Below the pieces are notes generated by a model. The model was given only the letters and a program-made list of their open reading frames with translations. It searched no databases and was not told where the DNA came from. The position numbers were made by a program, and so were the translations under genes. Below, piece after piece: positions 19,339-27,338 of a stretch of 34,544 bases of DNA. This DNA is from Planctomycetota bacterium. GTDB taxonomy: Bacteria; Planctomycetota; UBA11346. The DNA lies in assembly GCA_038213805.1 (NCBI GenBank), contig JBBQSO010000059.1:1-34544 (forward strand). Reading direction: 5' to 3'. Positions within the stretch are counted from its first letter, which is position 1. Every line of letters begins with the position of its first letter.

Positions 19339-19352
19339 GGCAACAGACTGCC
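19339..19352. promoter_or_regulatory. Candidate NrpR operator GGCA-N6-TGCC
   Basis: GGCA-ACAGAC-TGCC lies 17 nt upstream of the nrpR ATG. It has the same 4-6-4 dyad geometry as the archaeal NrpR operator GGAA-N6-TTCC. Confidence 0.45.
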
Positions 19353-19380
19353 GAAGCAAGCGGGGCAGAGTGTGGAGTGT

Positions 19381-19650
19381 CCATTTCAAATGCAATTGCC
19401 AAAAACAGGGGCGAAGGGGAACCTTAGCGCAATCAACATAAGATTAAATTTAATAAATAGTTACGAGGAAATTTCAGGAATATTTTAAATTCTGGGTTTG
19501 TACTTCCATGAACGTCCAGCGGGCCATGCAATGAGTTTCCCGGATGAATCAGGACCAAAAAAAGCAGTCCAATATCGGAAATGTTGCCTCTAATAGCCGT
19601 ATTCATCCGGTCAGGCATTTCCGCTTCGCCCAAACGATCCTAACATTCTC
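19381..19650 (-). promoter_or_regulatory. AT-rich promoter/regulatory region of nrpR-gltBD
   Basis: 19441-19500 has 14/60 G+C in an otherwise strongly GC-rich window and contains several dyads. Confidence 0.6.
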
Positions 19651-19657
19651 GCGCCAC

Positions 19658-20701
19658 TCAGGCCCGTTCCACCGCCACTGCCGCCAGATGCCCACCGAAG
19701 CCCAGGCTGAGCTTCCACAGGCGCTCTACCGGGGCTTCCAGTGCCAGCGCCAGTTCCACCACCCCGCTCGCCCCCAGGCAATGCCCGATCACCGGCTTGC
19801 AGGCCAGGCGCGGCACCCCGGACCAGGGACCGCTGGCGAGCCCGGCGAGTTCGTAGGCGTCGCCGGCGGCAGTGCCGGTGCCATGGGTGACGATCAGCTG
19901 CGGTTCCGGCAGGATGGCCCACAGCGCGGCGAGCGCGCGCTGCAGGGTGGCTGGATCGGTGAAGAGCGTCTCGTGACCGGCATCGCCGCAGCGCACCCCG
20001 CCGCGCAGCCACCAGCCGCCCGGGGCGTGGGCGGTGGCGCGCAGCGCGAGCATCCCCGCGCCTTCGGCCGGGGCGAACCCGGTCGGCGTGGCGAACGCCT
20101 GCGGCGGGCGCTGGCCGCACAGCACCCCCAGCGCGGCGAAGCCGGCGAGCAGGAAGGGCGTCAGCGAAGCGTCGGCCGCGCCGGCCAGGGCGCGATCGCT
20201 GGCGCCGGCCGCGAGCAGGTCGGCGGCGGCGAGCAGCCCGTACAGTCCGGTGGAGCAGGCGCCTGCCACGGGCGCCCCGACGTAATGGGGCACGCCGAGC
20301 CGCTCGGCGAGCAGCGGGCCGAGCTGACCCGGCAGGGCGGCGATGAGCGCCTTCGGGTCGCCAGCCAGCAGCTGCGCCCAGGCATGCGCATCGCCCTTGC
20401 TGGTGCTGATGCTGAATATCGGCGGAATGGCCTCGCTGGCCGGTTTTTCGCGGTTGTCGCGGCTCAGCACATGCCACGGTTGTCGTGCCGCGCGCTCTGC
20501 TGTATGAAGCAGCAGGTGACGTGGCGGCGGATCGGCGATGATGCCGCACCAGCCATGCTCCACGCTTCGCGTCAAAGCCGTCTTCCCGCGCGCGCATGCC
20601 AGCCATGCCGCGCGAGCATCGCCCGCGCAAACCAGGCAGTCCCAGGCGACAATCGCCACCTGGTCATAGCGTCGATGGGGTGCGGGGTGCACGGCCGCCA
20701 C
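19658..20701 (-). CDS. Beta-ketoacyl-ACP synthase family protein (short, divergent FabF/FabB-like)
   Basis: ACSTG (Cys), HGTGT (His), K..IGHCLGASG (Lys/His), GFAPAEGAG, SLGFGG. Start uncertain; GTG at 20701 chosen. Confidence 0.8.
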   Translation of the reverse strand: MAAVHPAPHRRYDQVAIVAWDCLVCAGDARAAWLACARGKTALTRSVEHGWCGIIADPPPRHLLLHTAERAARQPWHVLSRDNREKPASEAIPPIFSISTSKGDAHAWAQLLAGDPKALIAALPGQLGPLLAERLGVPHYVGAPVAGACSTGLYGLLAAADLLAAGASDRALAGAADASLTPFLLAGFAALGVLCGQRPPQAFATPTGFAPAEGAGMLALRATAHAPGGWWLRGGVRCGDAGHETLFTDPATLQRALAALWAILPEPQLIVTHGTGTAAGDAYELAGLASGPWSGVPRLACKPVIGHCLGASGVVELALALEAPVERLWKLSLGFGGHLAAVAVERA

Positions 20702-20856
20702 TCTCGTCCCGACCGGGGACTGGCAAGGGTCGCCTGCCACCGCGGCGCGCCTGCTCTTTCCCCGCCTTGCCGCCGTGCGGCCCGGCATCGTCCCATCCGC
20801 CTGCTCCATCTGGCGCCCGCGTCCCGACACGCGTCCGCCGCCGTACCGAGGACTCC

Positions 20857-22089
20857 ATGAACCAGCAGACCAGCAAGCCCGCGACCCAGGGCACGAAGTA
20901 CATGGAGATCACCAAGGAATCCCTGGAGACGGGCCTGCGCGGGGTGCCGGTCGGCTATTGCACCACCAGCTCGGTCGATGCGCAGCAGGGCCTGTTCTAC
21001 GTCGGCCAGGCGGTCGAGGAGCTTGCCGAGCGCGACCCGGCCGAAGTCATCTACCTGCTCTTCAACAAGACCTGGCCCACCGCGGCGCAGTCCGCCGAAT
21101 TCGCCAAGCAGCTGGTCGCGGCGCAGCAGGTGCCGGTCGCCGTGCTCGACTCGTTCGCCACGTTGCCGCGCACCGGGCATCCGATGAAATGGCTGGTGCA
21201 CGCCCTCAACACCCTCGGCATGGTCGATGCCAGCGGCGATTACCGCAGGGATGCGCTCAGCCTGACCGCGAAGATCCCGGTGCTGGTCGCCGCCATCTTC
21301 CGCGTCCGCGAGGGCTGGGGCGCGCCGATCGCGCCGCGTGCCGATCTCGGCTACATGGAGAACTTCGTGTACATGCTCGGCGTGCCCGGGCTGGACGCGG
21401 ACAAGACCGCCAAGCTGACCAAGCTGATGCGCGTCTTCGACGTGCTGCACTTCGACCACGGCGGCGGCAACCTCTCGACCTTCGTCGGCAAGGCGGTCGC
21501 CTCCGGGCAGGCCGACCTGTACGAAAGCCTGGGCGCGGCGATGGCCGCGCTCGCCGGCCCGCTCCACGGCAAGGCCAACCAGGAGTGCCTGGAATTCGTG
21601 CAGGAATGCGTGGTCAAGGTCGGCGCCAAGCTCAACGCCGATGGCGTGCGCGACATGATCCGGCAGAAACTCGCCAACAAGGAGGTGATCTTCGGCTTCG
21701 GTCACGCCGTGCTGCGCGTCGAGGATCCCCGCGCCCGCGCCCTGCGCGCGCTCGGTGAGAAGATCTGCCCGGACGACACCAATTTCAAGATGGTCAAGCT
21801 GCTTACCGAAGTGGTGCCGCCGATCCTCGGCACGAATCCCAAGATCAGCAACCCGCATCCCAATGTCGACAGCGCCTCTGGCTCTCTGCTGATGGCCTGC
21901 GGTCTGACCAACCCCGACTACTACACCGTGCTGTTCGGCTTGAGCCGGGTGGTCGGCATCGCCGCGCAGATCATCTACGAGCGCTGCGAGGCGCGCCTCG
22001 GCAAGGGCACCCCGATCATCCGCCCGGCGTACTTCTACAGCCCGACGGGCACGGCGAAGGGCGAGGCGGAGATCCTGTCGTCGGGTTGA
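20857..22089 (+). CDS. gltA: Citrate synthase, eukaryote-like type
   Basis: GLRGVP, DHGGGNLS, ALAGPLHGKANQECL, GFGHAVLRVEDPR, NPHPNVDSASG, YYTVLFGLSR. GAGGA SD before ATG 20857. Confidence 0.93.
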   Translation: MNQQTSKPATQGTKYMEITKESLETGLRGVPVGYCTTSSVDAQQGLFYVGQAVEELAERDPAEVIYLLFNKTWPTAAQSAEFAKQLVAAQQVPVAVLDSFATLPRTGHPMKWLVHALNTLGMVDASGDYRRDALSLTAKIPVLVAAIFRVREGWGAPIAPRADLGYMENFVYMLGVPGLDADKTAKLTKLMRVFDVLHFDHGGGNLSTFVGKAVASGQADLYESLGAAMAALAGPLHGKANQECLEFVQECVVKVGAKLNADGVRDMIRQKLANKEVIFGFGHAVLRVEDPRARALRALGEKICPDDTNFKMVKLLTEVVPPILGTNPKISNPHPNVDSASGSLLMACGLTNPDYYTVLFGLSRVVGIAAQIIYERCEARLGKGTPIIRPAYFYSPTGTAKGEAEILSSG

Positions 22090-22100
22090 GGACGATCCTC

Positions 22101-22316
22101 GACGACGGATTGAACAGGAGACGCAGAGCCGCGGAGATCGGATGAGGACGGCTGATGGCTGGCCGGCCGTTGGTCCAAGAGGACGATCATGGAATTCACG
22201 TTGAGGACCTGAGGCTGAGCTCTCGGACGGGTGTAGCCTGGTTCGCGGTCGGGAAACGGTCAACCTGACCCTGCTTCCTCCCCAAGCCTCCGCGTCGCCT
22301 GTTCGATCCGGCTGTC
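22101..22316. mobile_element. MITE-like element, copy B (inverted relative to copy A)
   Basis: 22126-22154 is 28/29 identical to the reverse complement of 10448-10476. Its right end CCTGTTCGATCCGGCTGTC matches the copy A terminal repeat. Confidence 0.55.
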
Positions 22317-22341
22317 CCGACCGCTATCGACCGCTATGGCG

Positions 22342-22644
22342 TCAGACCGGTTTCTTGGCCCCGTCGACGACGTAGGCGCCGAAGCCGTCGGCGATCTCGC
22401 GCACGCGGTATTCGTGCTCATCGACGGCCTGGACGTAGACCCACAGGTAGTAGCCGTCCTTGGAACGCTGCAGCTCGGCCTTCATCATGCACTCGTCATC
22501 GCTGTAGCGGAAGGTGTAGGTCCCCGCCTGGTCGAAGCCGAAATCGGTGAACACGCCGTTGAAGAATTCCATCTTCTCGGCGAAGTCGACGAGCTCCGAG
22601 GGATCGAGGGAGATTCCGAATTTCCTGACAGTGAGTGTGCCCAT
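22342..22644 (-). CDS. Hypothetical protein, 100 aa, acidic and aromatic-rich
   Basis: Balanced composition unlike the Arg/Ala/Pro-rich shadow ORFs, GC3-biased codons, occupies an otherwise empty interval. Confidence 0.8.
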   Translation of the reverse strand: MGTLTVRKFGISLDPSELVDFAEKMEFFNGVFTDFGFDQAGTYTFRYSDDECMMKAELQRSKDGYYLWVYVQAVDEHEYRVREIADGFGAYVVDGAKKPV

Positions 22645-22740
22645 GATGCCCGGAGGGTACGGGGTCCGCGTTCGGCCGGCAATGATTGAATGGTGCTGTC
22701 CAAGTCAATCGTTGACACCACGGCCGGCCCACGGCTCGCG

Positions 22741-22777
22741 GTCCGGCAGTCCGGAGGTCCGGGAGTCCGGAAGTCCA
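22741..22777 (+). repeat. Octamer array (GAAGTCCG)x~4.5
   Basis: gtccg gcagtccg gaggtccg ggagtccg gaagtcca. Confidence 0.9.
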
Positions 22778-22864
22778 GTAAGCCGGGGCTTTGCACTTGT
22801 CACGAGCGCTGCGCGACGCTTCCGGAGCGTTGTCCCGTAGTGTAGGGATCCAGCCGGCATCTTC

Positions 22865-22913
22865 TCAGCCATCAGCCATCAGCCATCAGCCATCAGCCAT
22901 CAGCTGCCAGCTG
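22865..22913 (+). repeat. Heptamer array (TCAGCCA)x5 plus 2 degenerate units
   Basis: tcagcca x5, tcagctg, ccagctg; ends 5 nt from the stop codon of the LarA-like gene. Confidence 0.95.
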
Positions 22914-22918
22914 CTCAA

Positions 22919-24226
22919 TCATGCCGGCACGCGGCCCCGCCACGCCCACAGACCGAGGGCGGGGTTCGAGATGTAGTAGATGCGTTCTGACCGTCCGTCG
23001 GGGCCGGTGACCTGGTTCCAGCCGTCCACCAGCTTGGCCGGGTCGTAGCGGCTGGTCATCGCGGCGAGATCGGCGTAGCGGTAACCGACGCCCTCGATCT
23101 CGGCACGGGTCAGGTTCCCGGGGCAGTAGGTGATGCTGAAGCGCCCCTCGCTGCTGCCGTGGACGAGGTGCGCGGCGGCGGAGAGGTTGTTGGCGAGGTC
23201 GGCGTTGTCGCGCACCGCCGCCATCACTTCGGGCGTGGTGCGGTAGCCGTACTTGCGGATCAGCGCGTCGATGCCGGGATCCTCGCCGAAGCCCTTCAGG
23301 CCTGGCGCCAACACGATCAGCTCGCCGCCGTCGGCGATGGCCATGCGCGTGCGGTAGACCGACTTGTTGCCCAGCCAGGTGGTATGGAACTCCTCGGGGT
23401 CGAGATGGACCACGACCTTGTGCAGCTCCTCGTCGAGGATCCTGAAGTTGACCTCGACCGAGAGCTTCGCCGCGAGGCGGAAGCATTCCGGTCCTTCGCC
23501 GATGAACAATCCGCGCGTGACCAGGCCGTTGGCGTCGGCGGCCTCGCCCGGGCGCGCCGCGCCGACCACGGTCAGCACGAAGACGATGTGCAGGTGCCCG
23601 CAGAAACGCGCCAGCGCTTCGTCGAGCAGGCGCCGCACCGGCGTATCGGCGCGACCCATCATGCGCTCCATGCCGTAGGCCGCGCCGATGAAGTGGCTCT
23701 CGTCGATGCCGGCCTTGCCGCCGCAGCCGACAAACAGGTTCTTGGCGTGGTTGGCCATGCCGGTGACCTCGTGCGGCACGACCTGGCCGATCGACAGGAT
23801 GAGGTCGTGGCCGCCCTGCCAGATCAGCTTGTTGAGCTGCGCAGGCCAGGGCTTGGCGTAGATGCCGCCGGTGGCCTCGCTGACGAATTCAGCCGGCAGC
23901 TCGCCGACGGTGGCGACGTCGTTGCGCCAGTCGTGGTCGCGGAACAGCGCACGCGGCACGCCGGCGTACATCTTCGCGATCTGCCAGTCGGGCATCGGCA
24001 CGTGCGTGCCGAGCGCGGGCAGCACGTCGGTGAGCGCCTGGCCGTAGTGGTCGTAGGTGATGCGCGTGAGGACGCCGGCGCGGCTGTTGAAACGCGTGAA
24101 ATCCGGCGGCACCGCCAGGACCCTGCGCTTGGTGCCGAGTTTCGCGAAGGCGCCGGTCAGCTCGGCGCGCAGCTGCTCGTCGCTGAGCGCGGTGGTGGGG
24201 GAGCCGATGGCGACGTAGGTGGGCAT
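22919..24226 (-). CDS. LarA-family (lactate racemase domain, DUF2088) protein, predicted D-mannonate/D-gluconate epimerase
   Basis: PPDFTR, ALGTH.PM, HDW, VVPHEV.GMANH.KN pattern; operonic with gluconokinase and SDR. Confidence 0.8.
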   Translation of the reverse strand: MPTYVAIGSPTTALSDEQLRAELTGAFAKLGTKRRVLAVPPDFTRFNSRAGVLTRITYDHYGQALTDVLPALGTHVPMPDWQIAKMYAGVPRALFRDHDWRNDVATVGELPAEFVSEATGGIYAKPWPAQLNKLIWQGGHDLILSIGQVVPHEVTGMANHAKNLFVGCGGKAGIDESHFIGAAYGMERMMGRADTPVRRLLDEALARFCGHLHIVFVLTVVGAARPGEAADANGLVTRGLFIGEGPECFRLAAKLSVEVNFRILDEELHKVVVHLDPEEFHTTWLGNKSVYRTRMAIADGGELIVLAPGLKGFGEDPGIDALIRKYGYRTTPEVMAAVRDNADLANNLSAAAHLVHGSSEGRFSITYCPGNLTRAEIEGVGYRYADLAAMTSRYDPAKLVDGWNQVTGPDGRSERIYYISNPALGLWAWRGRVPA

Positions 24227-24229
24227 GTC

Positions 24230-25774
24230 TCAGCGTCCGGAAGTCCGGGAGTCCGGAAGTCCGGAAGTCCTGCGGGGCTTTGCGTGAACGGCGGGCGATG
24301 ACGGGAACAGTGTTGCTTCCAGCGTGGCGAGGCGGGCGCGTTCAGCGGCGTAGGCACGGGCGCGGGCGCGGTCGGGGCGCACGGTGGCGCCGGTGACCGG
24401 TGCGAGGCCCTTGGCGAGGCCGAGCTTCTCGATGGCGAAGACCGCGGCGCCGCGCAGCGAGGCCTCGGGCTCGTCCTGGGCGATCAGCGGGCGGCCGATG
24501 ATGTCGGCGAGGCGCTGCAGGCTGGCCGGCGACTTCTGGATGCCGCCGCCGACCAGGAAGCGCGGGCTGCGGCCGTGCGCCGGGATCAGCTCGACGATGG
24601 TGGCGAGGCGGTGGTAGCTGGCCTCGGTGATCGCCTGGAGGAGGTCGAGCGCGCTGGTCGCCTGGGTCAGTCCCACCACGGCGCCGCTGACGTCCTCGCG
24701 CCAGGTGGGCGCACGTTCCGCGGTCCAGAACGGCAGCACCGCCAAGCCGTGGGCCGGCCCGGGACGCGCGGCCAGGGCGCGTTCGATGGCCGCGGGGTCG
24801 TCGGGCAGGCGTAGCTCGCGCAGGCACCACGCGCGCAGGTTACCGGCGTTCGAGATCGCGCCACCGACCAGCTGGCGCTCGGTGTCGACGCGGTAGCGGA
24901 ACAGGCCGAAGGGCGCGCGCGTGACGCTGGTGCGGCGCGCCCCAGGTGCGGGATCGCCGTGCATGACGCGCACCGCGGCGCTGGTCCCGAAGTTGATCGC
25001 CGCCCAGCCCGGCCGCGTGGCGCCCGCACCGAGATTCGAGGCTGCGCCGTCGCCGATCGCCGGAAACCAGTGCGCATCGCGCAGCGCGGCCAAGCGGCGC
25101 GCATGCTCGGGCAGCAGGTGCAGCGGTTCGTCGCCGATGACGTGCAGGCGGCGCGGCGACAGCCGTACGGACTTCAGCATCTCCGCGTCCCAGGTGCAGT
25201 CATCGGGCGCGTAGAGGCCGGTGCCGGTGGCCATGCCGTGGGCGCAGCGGCCTTCGCCGCACAGTTCGCGGTAAAGCCACTCCGCCGGCGACATCCAGCT
25301 GGCGACGCGCGCGAACAGCGCTTTGCGCGTGCGCGCCAGCCAGCGCAGCTTGGCTGGCCAGAAGGAGGTGCGCAGCATGCAGCCGGTGCGCGCGTGCACC
25401 ATGCGCTCATCATGCCGCACGCGCAGCGCCGCGGCGTCGTCGCGGCAGCGGCTGTCCGCCCAGGTGAAGATCGGGGTCAGCGGCCGGCCGGCGGCATCGG
25501 TGCCGACCAGACTGTGCCAGAAGCACGAGGTTCCGACCGCCGCGATCGGCTGGTCGGCCAGCGCCGCGTCCTTGGTCTGCGCGGCCAGGGTCTTGGCCAG
25601 GCAGCCGCGCACTGCGGCGAGCAGCACGACCGGGTCGAGCTCGGCCATGCCGTCGGCGGCGGTGTGCAGCTGGTAGGCCTGCTGTGCGGTGGTCGCGAGG
25701 TGGCGCACGCCGCGCGCGTCAAACAGCGCGCTGCGGCAGGACGAGGTGCCGATGTCGAGGGCGAGGATGAGCAT
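24230..25774 (-). CDS. gntK: FGGY-family carbohydrate kinase, gluconokinase-like
   Basis: LDIGTSS, FWHSL, LTPIFTWAD.R, TGC...SFWPAKL.WL, GDGAASNLG.G, GTSAAVR, GGAISNAGN, ERAP.W. Confidence 0.88.
   Translation of the reverse strand: MLILALDIGTSSCRSALFDARGVRHLATTAQQAYQLHTAADGMAELDPVVLLAAVRGCLAKTLAAQTKDAALADQPIAAVGTSCFWHSLVGTDAAGRPLTPIFTWADSRCRDDAAALRVRHDERMVHARTGCMLRTSFWPAKLRWLARTRKALFARVASWMSPAEWLYRELCGEGRCAHGMATGTGLYAPDDCTWDAEMLKSVRLSPRRLHVIGDEPLHLLPEHARRLAALRDAHWFPAIGDGAASNLGAGATRPGWAAINFGTSAAVRVMHGDPAPGARRTSVTRAPFGLFRYRVDTERQLVGGAISNAGNLRAWCLRELRLPDDPAAIERALAARPGPAHGLAVLPFWTAERAPTWREDVSGAVVGLTQATSALDLLQAITEASYHRLATIVELIPAHGRSPRFLVGGGIQKSPASLQRLADIIGRPLIAQDEPEASLRGAAVFAIEKLGLAKGLAPVTGATVRPDRARARAYAAERARLATLEATLFPSSPAVHAKPRRTSGLPDSRTSGR
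24235..24271 (+). repeat. Octamer array (GAAGTCCG)x~4.5 inside the last codons of gntK
   Basis: gtccg gaagtccg ggagtccg gaagtccg gaagtcct; encodes ...RTSGLPDSRTSGR before the stop. Confidence 0.92.
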
Positions 25775-25787
25775 GGGTCAGGGTACG

Positions 25788-25819
25788 GAATTCCGGAAGT
25801 CCGGAAGTCCGGAAGTCGT
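25788..25819 (+). repeat. Octamer array (GAAGTCCG)x4 between SDR and gntK
   Basis: gaattccg gaagtccg gaagtccg gaagtcgt; 13 nt upstream of the gntK ATG. Confidence 0.92.
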
Positions 25820-25884
25820 CGGACCGCGCCCGCGATCCATCCGTCGTTCCCTTGTGGTGCTGCTCGCCATCGGCGTGGTCCTTG

Positions 25885-26697
25885 TCAGATGGTCTGCGCG
25901 AGGAAGCCGCCATCCACCCGGATGTCGCTGCCGGTGACGAAACCGCTGGCGGCGCTGCTGGCGAGGAACACGGCGGCGCCGATCAGTTCACCATCGGTCC
26001 CGAAGCGGCCCATCGGCGTGTGACCGAGAATCTGCTGCGCCCGCGCGGTCGGGCTGCCGTCTTCGTTGAACAGCAGGCGGCGGTTCTGTTCGGCCGGGAA
26101 GAAGCCGGGGGTCAGGGTGTTGACGCGCACGCCGTGGCGCGCCCACTCACGCGCCAGGAATTGGCTCAGGCTCAGCACCGCGGCCTTGGCGGAGGAGTAG
26201 GCGACCACACGCGACAGCGGGATGTGCGCACTGACCGAGGCGATGTTGATGATCGAGCCCTGGCCGCGTGCGACCATGCCCGGTCCGAACTCCTGGCAGG
26301 GCAGCAGTGCGCCGCCGACCAGGTTGAGGTCGAAGTTGGCCTTCCAGTCGGCCAGCGCCACGCCTTGGAAGGTACGCTCGCCGGCGACCGTGACCTTGGG
26401 ATCGTTGCCGCCCGCGGCGTTGACCAGCACGGTGGGCGCCGCAAACGCGCGGATCACCTCGCTGTGGGCGGCGGCCAGGCTGGCCGCGTCCTGCGCGTCG
26501 CAGGTGACGAACTGCGCGCGCCCGCCTGCCGCGCGGATGCGCTGCACGCACGCCTCGCCCTTGTCGTGATTGCGGCCCAACACGGCCACTGCCGCGCCGG
26601 CCTTGGCCAGCCCCTCTGCCAATGCGCCGCCGAGCACGCCGGTGCCACCGACGACTACCGCGACGTCCTGGGAGAGATCGAAGAGAGTGCTGGCCAC
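25885..26697 (-). CDS. SDR oxidoreductase, D-mannonate oxidoreductase (fructuronate reductase)-like
   Basis: GGTGVLG, LVNAAGGN, YSSAK (YxxxK), PGFFPAEQNR.LL, ILGHTPMGRFG, VDGGF. GTG start with AAAGGA SD. Confidence 0.88.
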   Translation of the reverse strand: MASTLFDLSQDVAVVVGGTGVLGGALAEGLAKAGAAVAVLGRNHDKGEACVQRIRAAGGRAQFVTCDAQDAASLAAAHSEVIRAFAAPTVLVNAAGGNDPKVTVAGERTFQGVALADWKANFDLNLVGGALLPCQEFGPGMVARGQGSIINIASVSAHIPLSRVVAYSSAKAAVLSLSQFLAREWARHGVRVNTLTPGFFPAEQNRRLLFNEDGSPTARAQQILGHTPMGRFGTDGELIGAAVFLASSAASGFVTGSDIRVDGGFLAQTI

Positions 26698-26982
26698 GGG
26701 GCTTCCTTTCGGCGCTGCGTGCTGGGGTCGCGCATACTACCAGTCGAGCGTTTCGCGCAATCGCCGGGGGCGGTGCCAATTCGCCAGCCGAGCCGACCAT
26801 GGCCGCCCCTCGTCAACCCGGCGACTGGGTGAGGCGCGTGCGCGCGGCACACGTGGCATGGCAAACCTGTGCGAGCACGAGGGCAAAGGTCTGTTCCCGC
26901 TCTGGAACGGTTTCGCGCTGCGAACGGCGAGTTTCGAGACTGGAGGCTCGCGACTTCTCGCTCGTGCCACGCGCCTGCAGCG

Positions 26983-27288
26983 TCAACCGTCCCCGGCAAA
27001 CCCGATGATGTTGCGGCAGCGCTCCTCGACGGCCAGGCCGGCGGCGGTGGCGTCGGCGCGCACCTGCGCACGCTGCTCGGCGCCGCCCGGCAGGGTGCAG
27101 CGCAGGATGCGGCCGGTGCCGCGTTCGTAGCCCAGCAGGGTGATGCGTGCCAGACGTTCGTAGCGCACTGCGGTGGGGTCGTCCAACTGGCCGTATTCCT
27201 CCTGCCAGGCGAGGATGACGGTGGCGATGCCCAGCTCGCGGGCCGTGGCCAGGAAGGCCGCGGGGTCGGCGGTTTCGATGTAACCCAT
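26983..27288 (-). CDS. Hypothetical protein, ~101 aa
   Basis: MGYIETADPAAFLATARELGIATVILAWQEEY...; protein-like composition, GC3 bias, divergent from cobB. Confidence 0.65.
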   Translation of the reverse strand: MGYIETADPAAFLATARELGIATVILAWQEEYGQLDDPTAVRYERLARITLLGYERGTGRILRCTLPGGAEQRAQVRADATAAGLAVEERCRNIIGFAGDG

Positions 27289-27338
27289 GGTTACGAGAGT
27301 GTCTTGATCGCCGGGATTCCGACCAGTACAAACCGGCC

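Noticed and set aside
19385..19402. Possible sigma-54 promoter (TTGGCAATTGCATTTG on the minus strand) for nrpR-gltBD
   Set aside because: It does not satisfy the strict GG-N10-GC spacing.
19433..19633. 66-aa ORF in the AT-rich island
   Set aside because: Codon usage is unlike the rest of the window, there is no SD or recognisable motif, and the region is better explained as a promoter.
26698..26982. Possible riboswitch or ncRNA upstream of the SDR operon
   Set aside because: No recognisable conserved motif or terminator. An Rfam/Infernal scan would be needed to exclude it.
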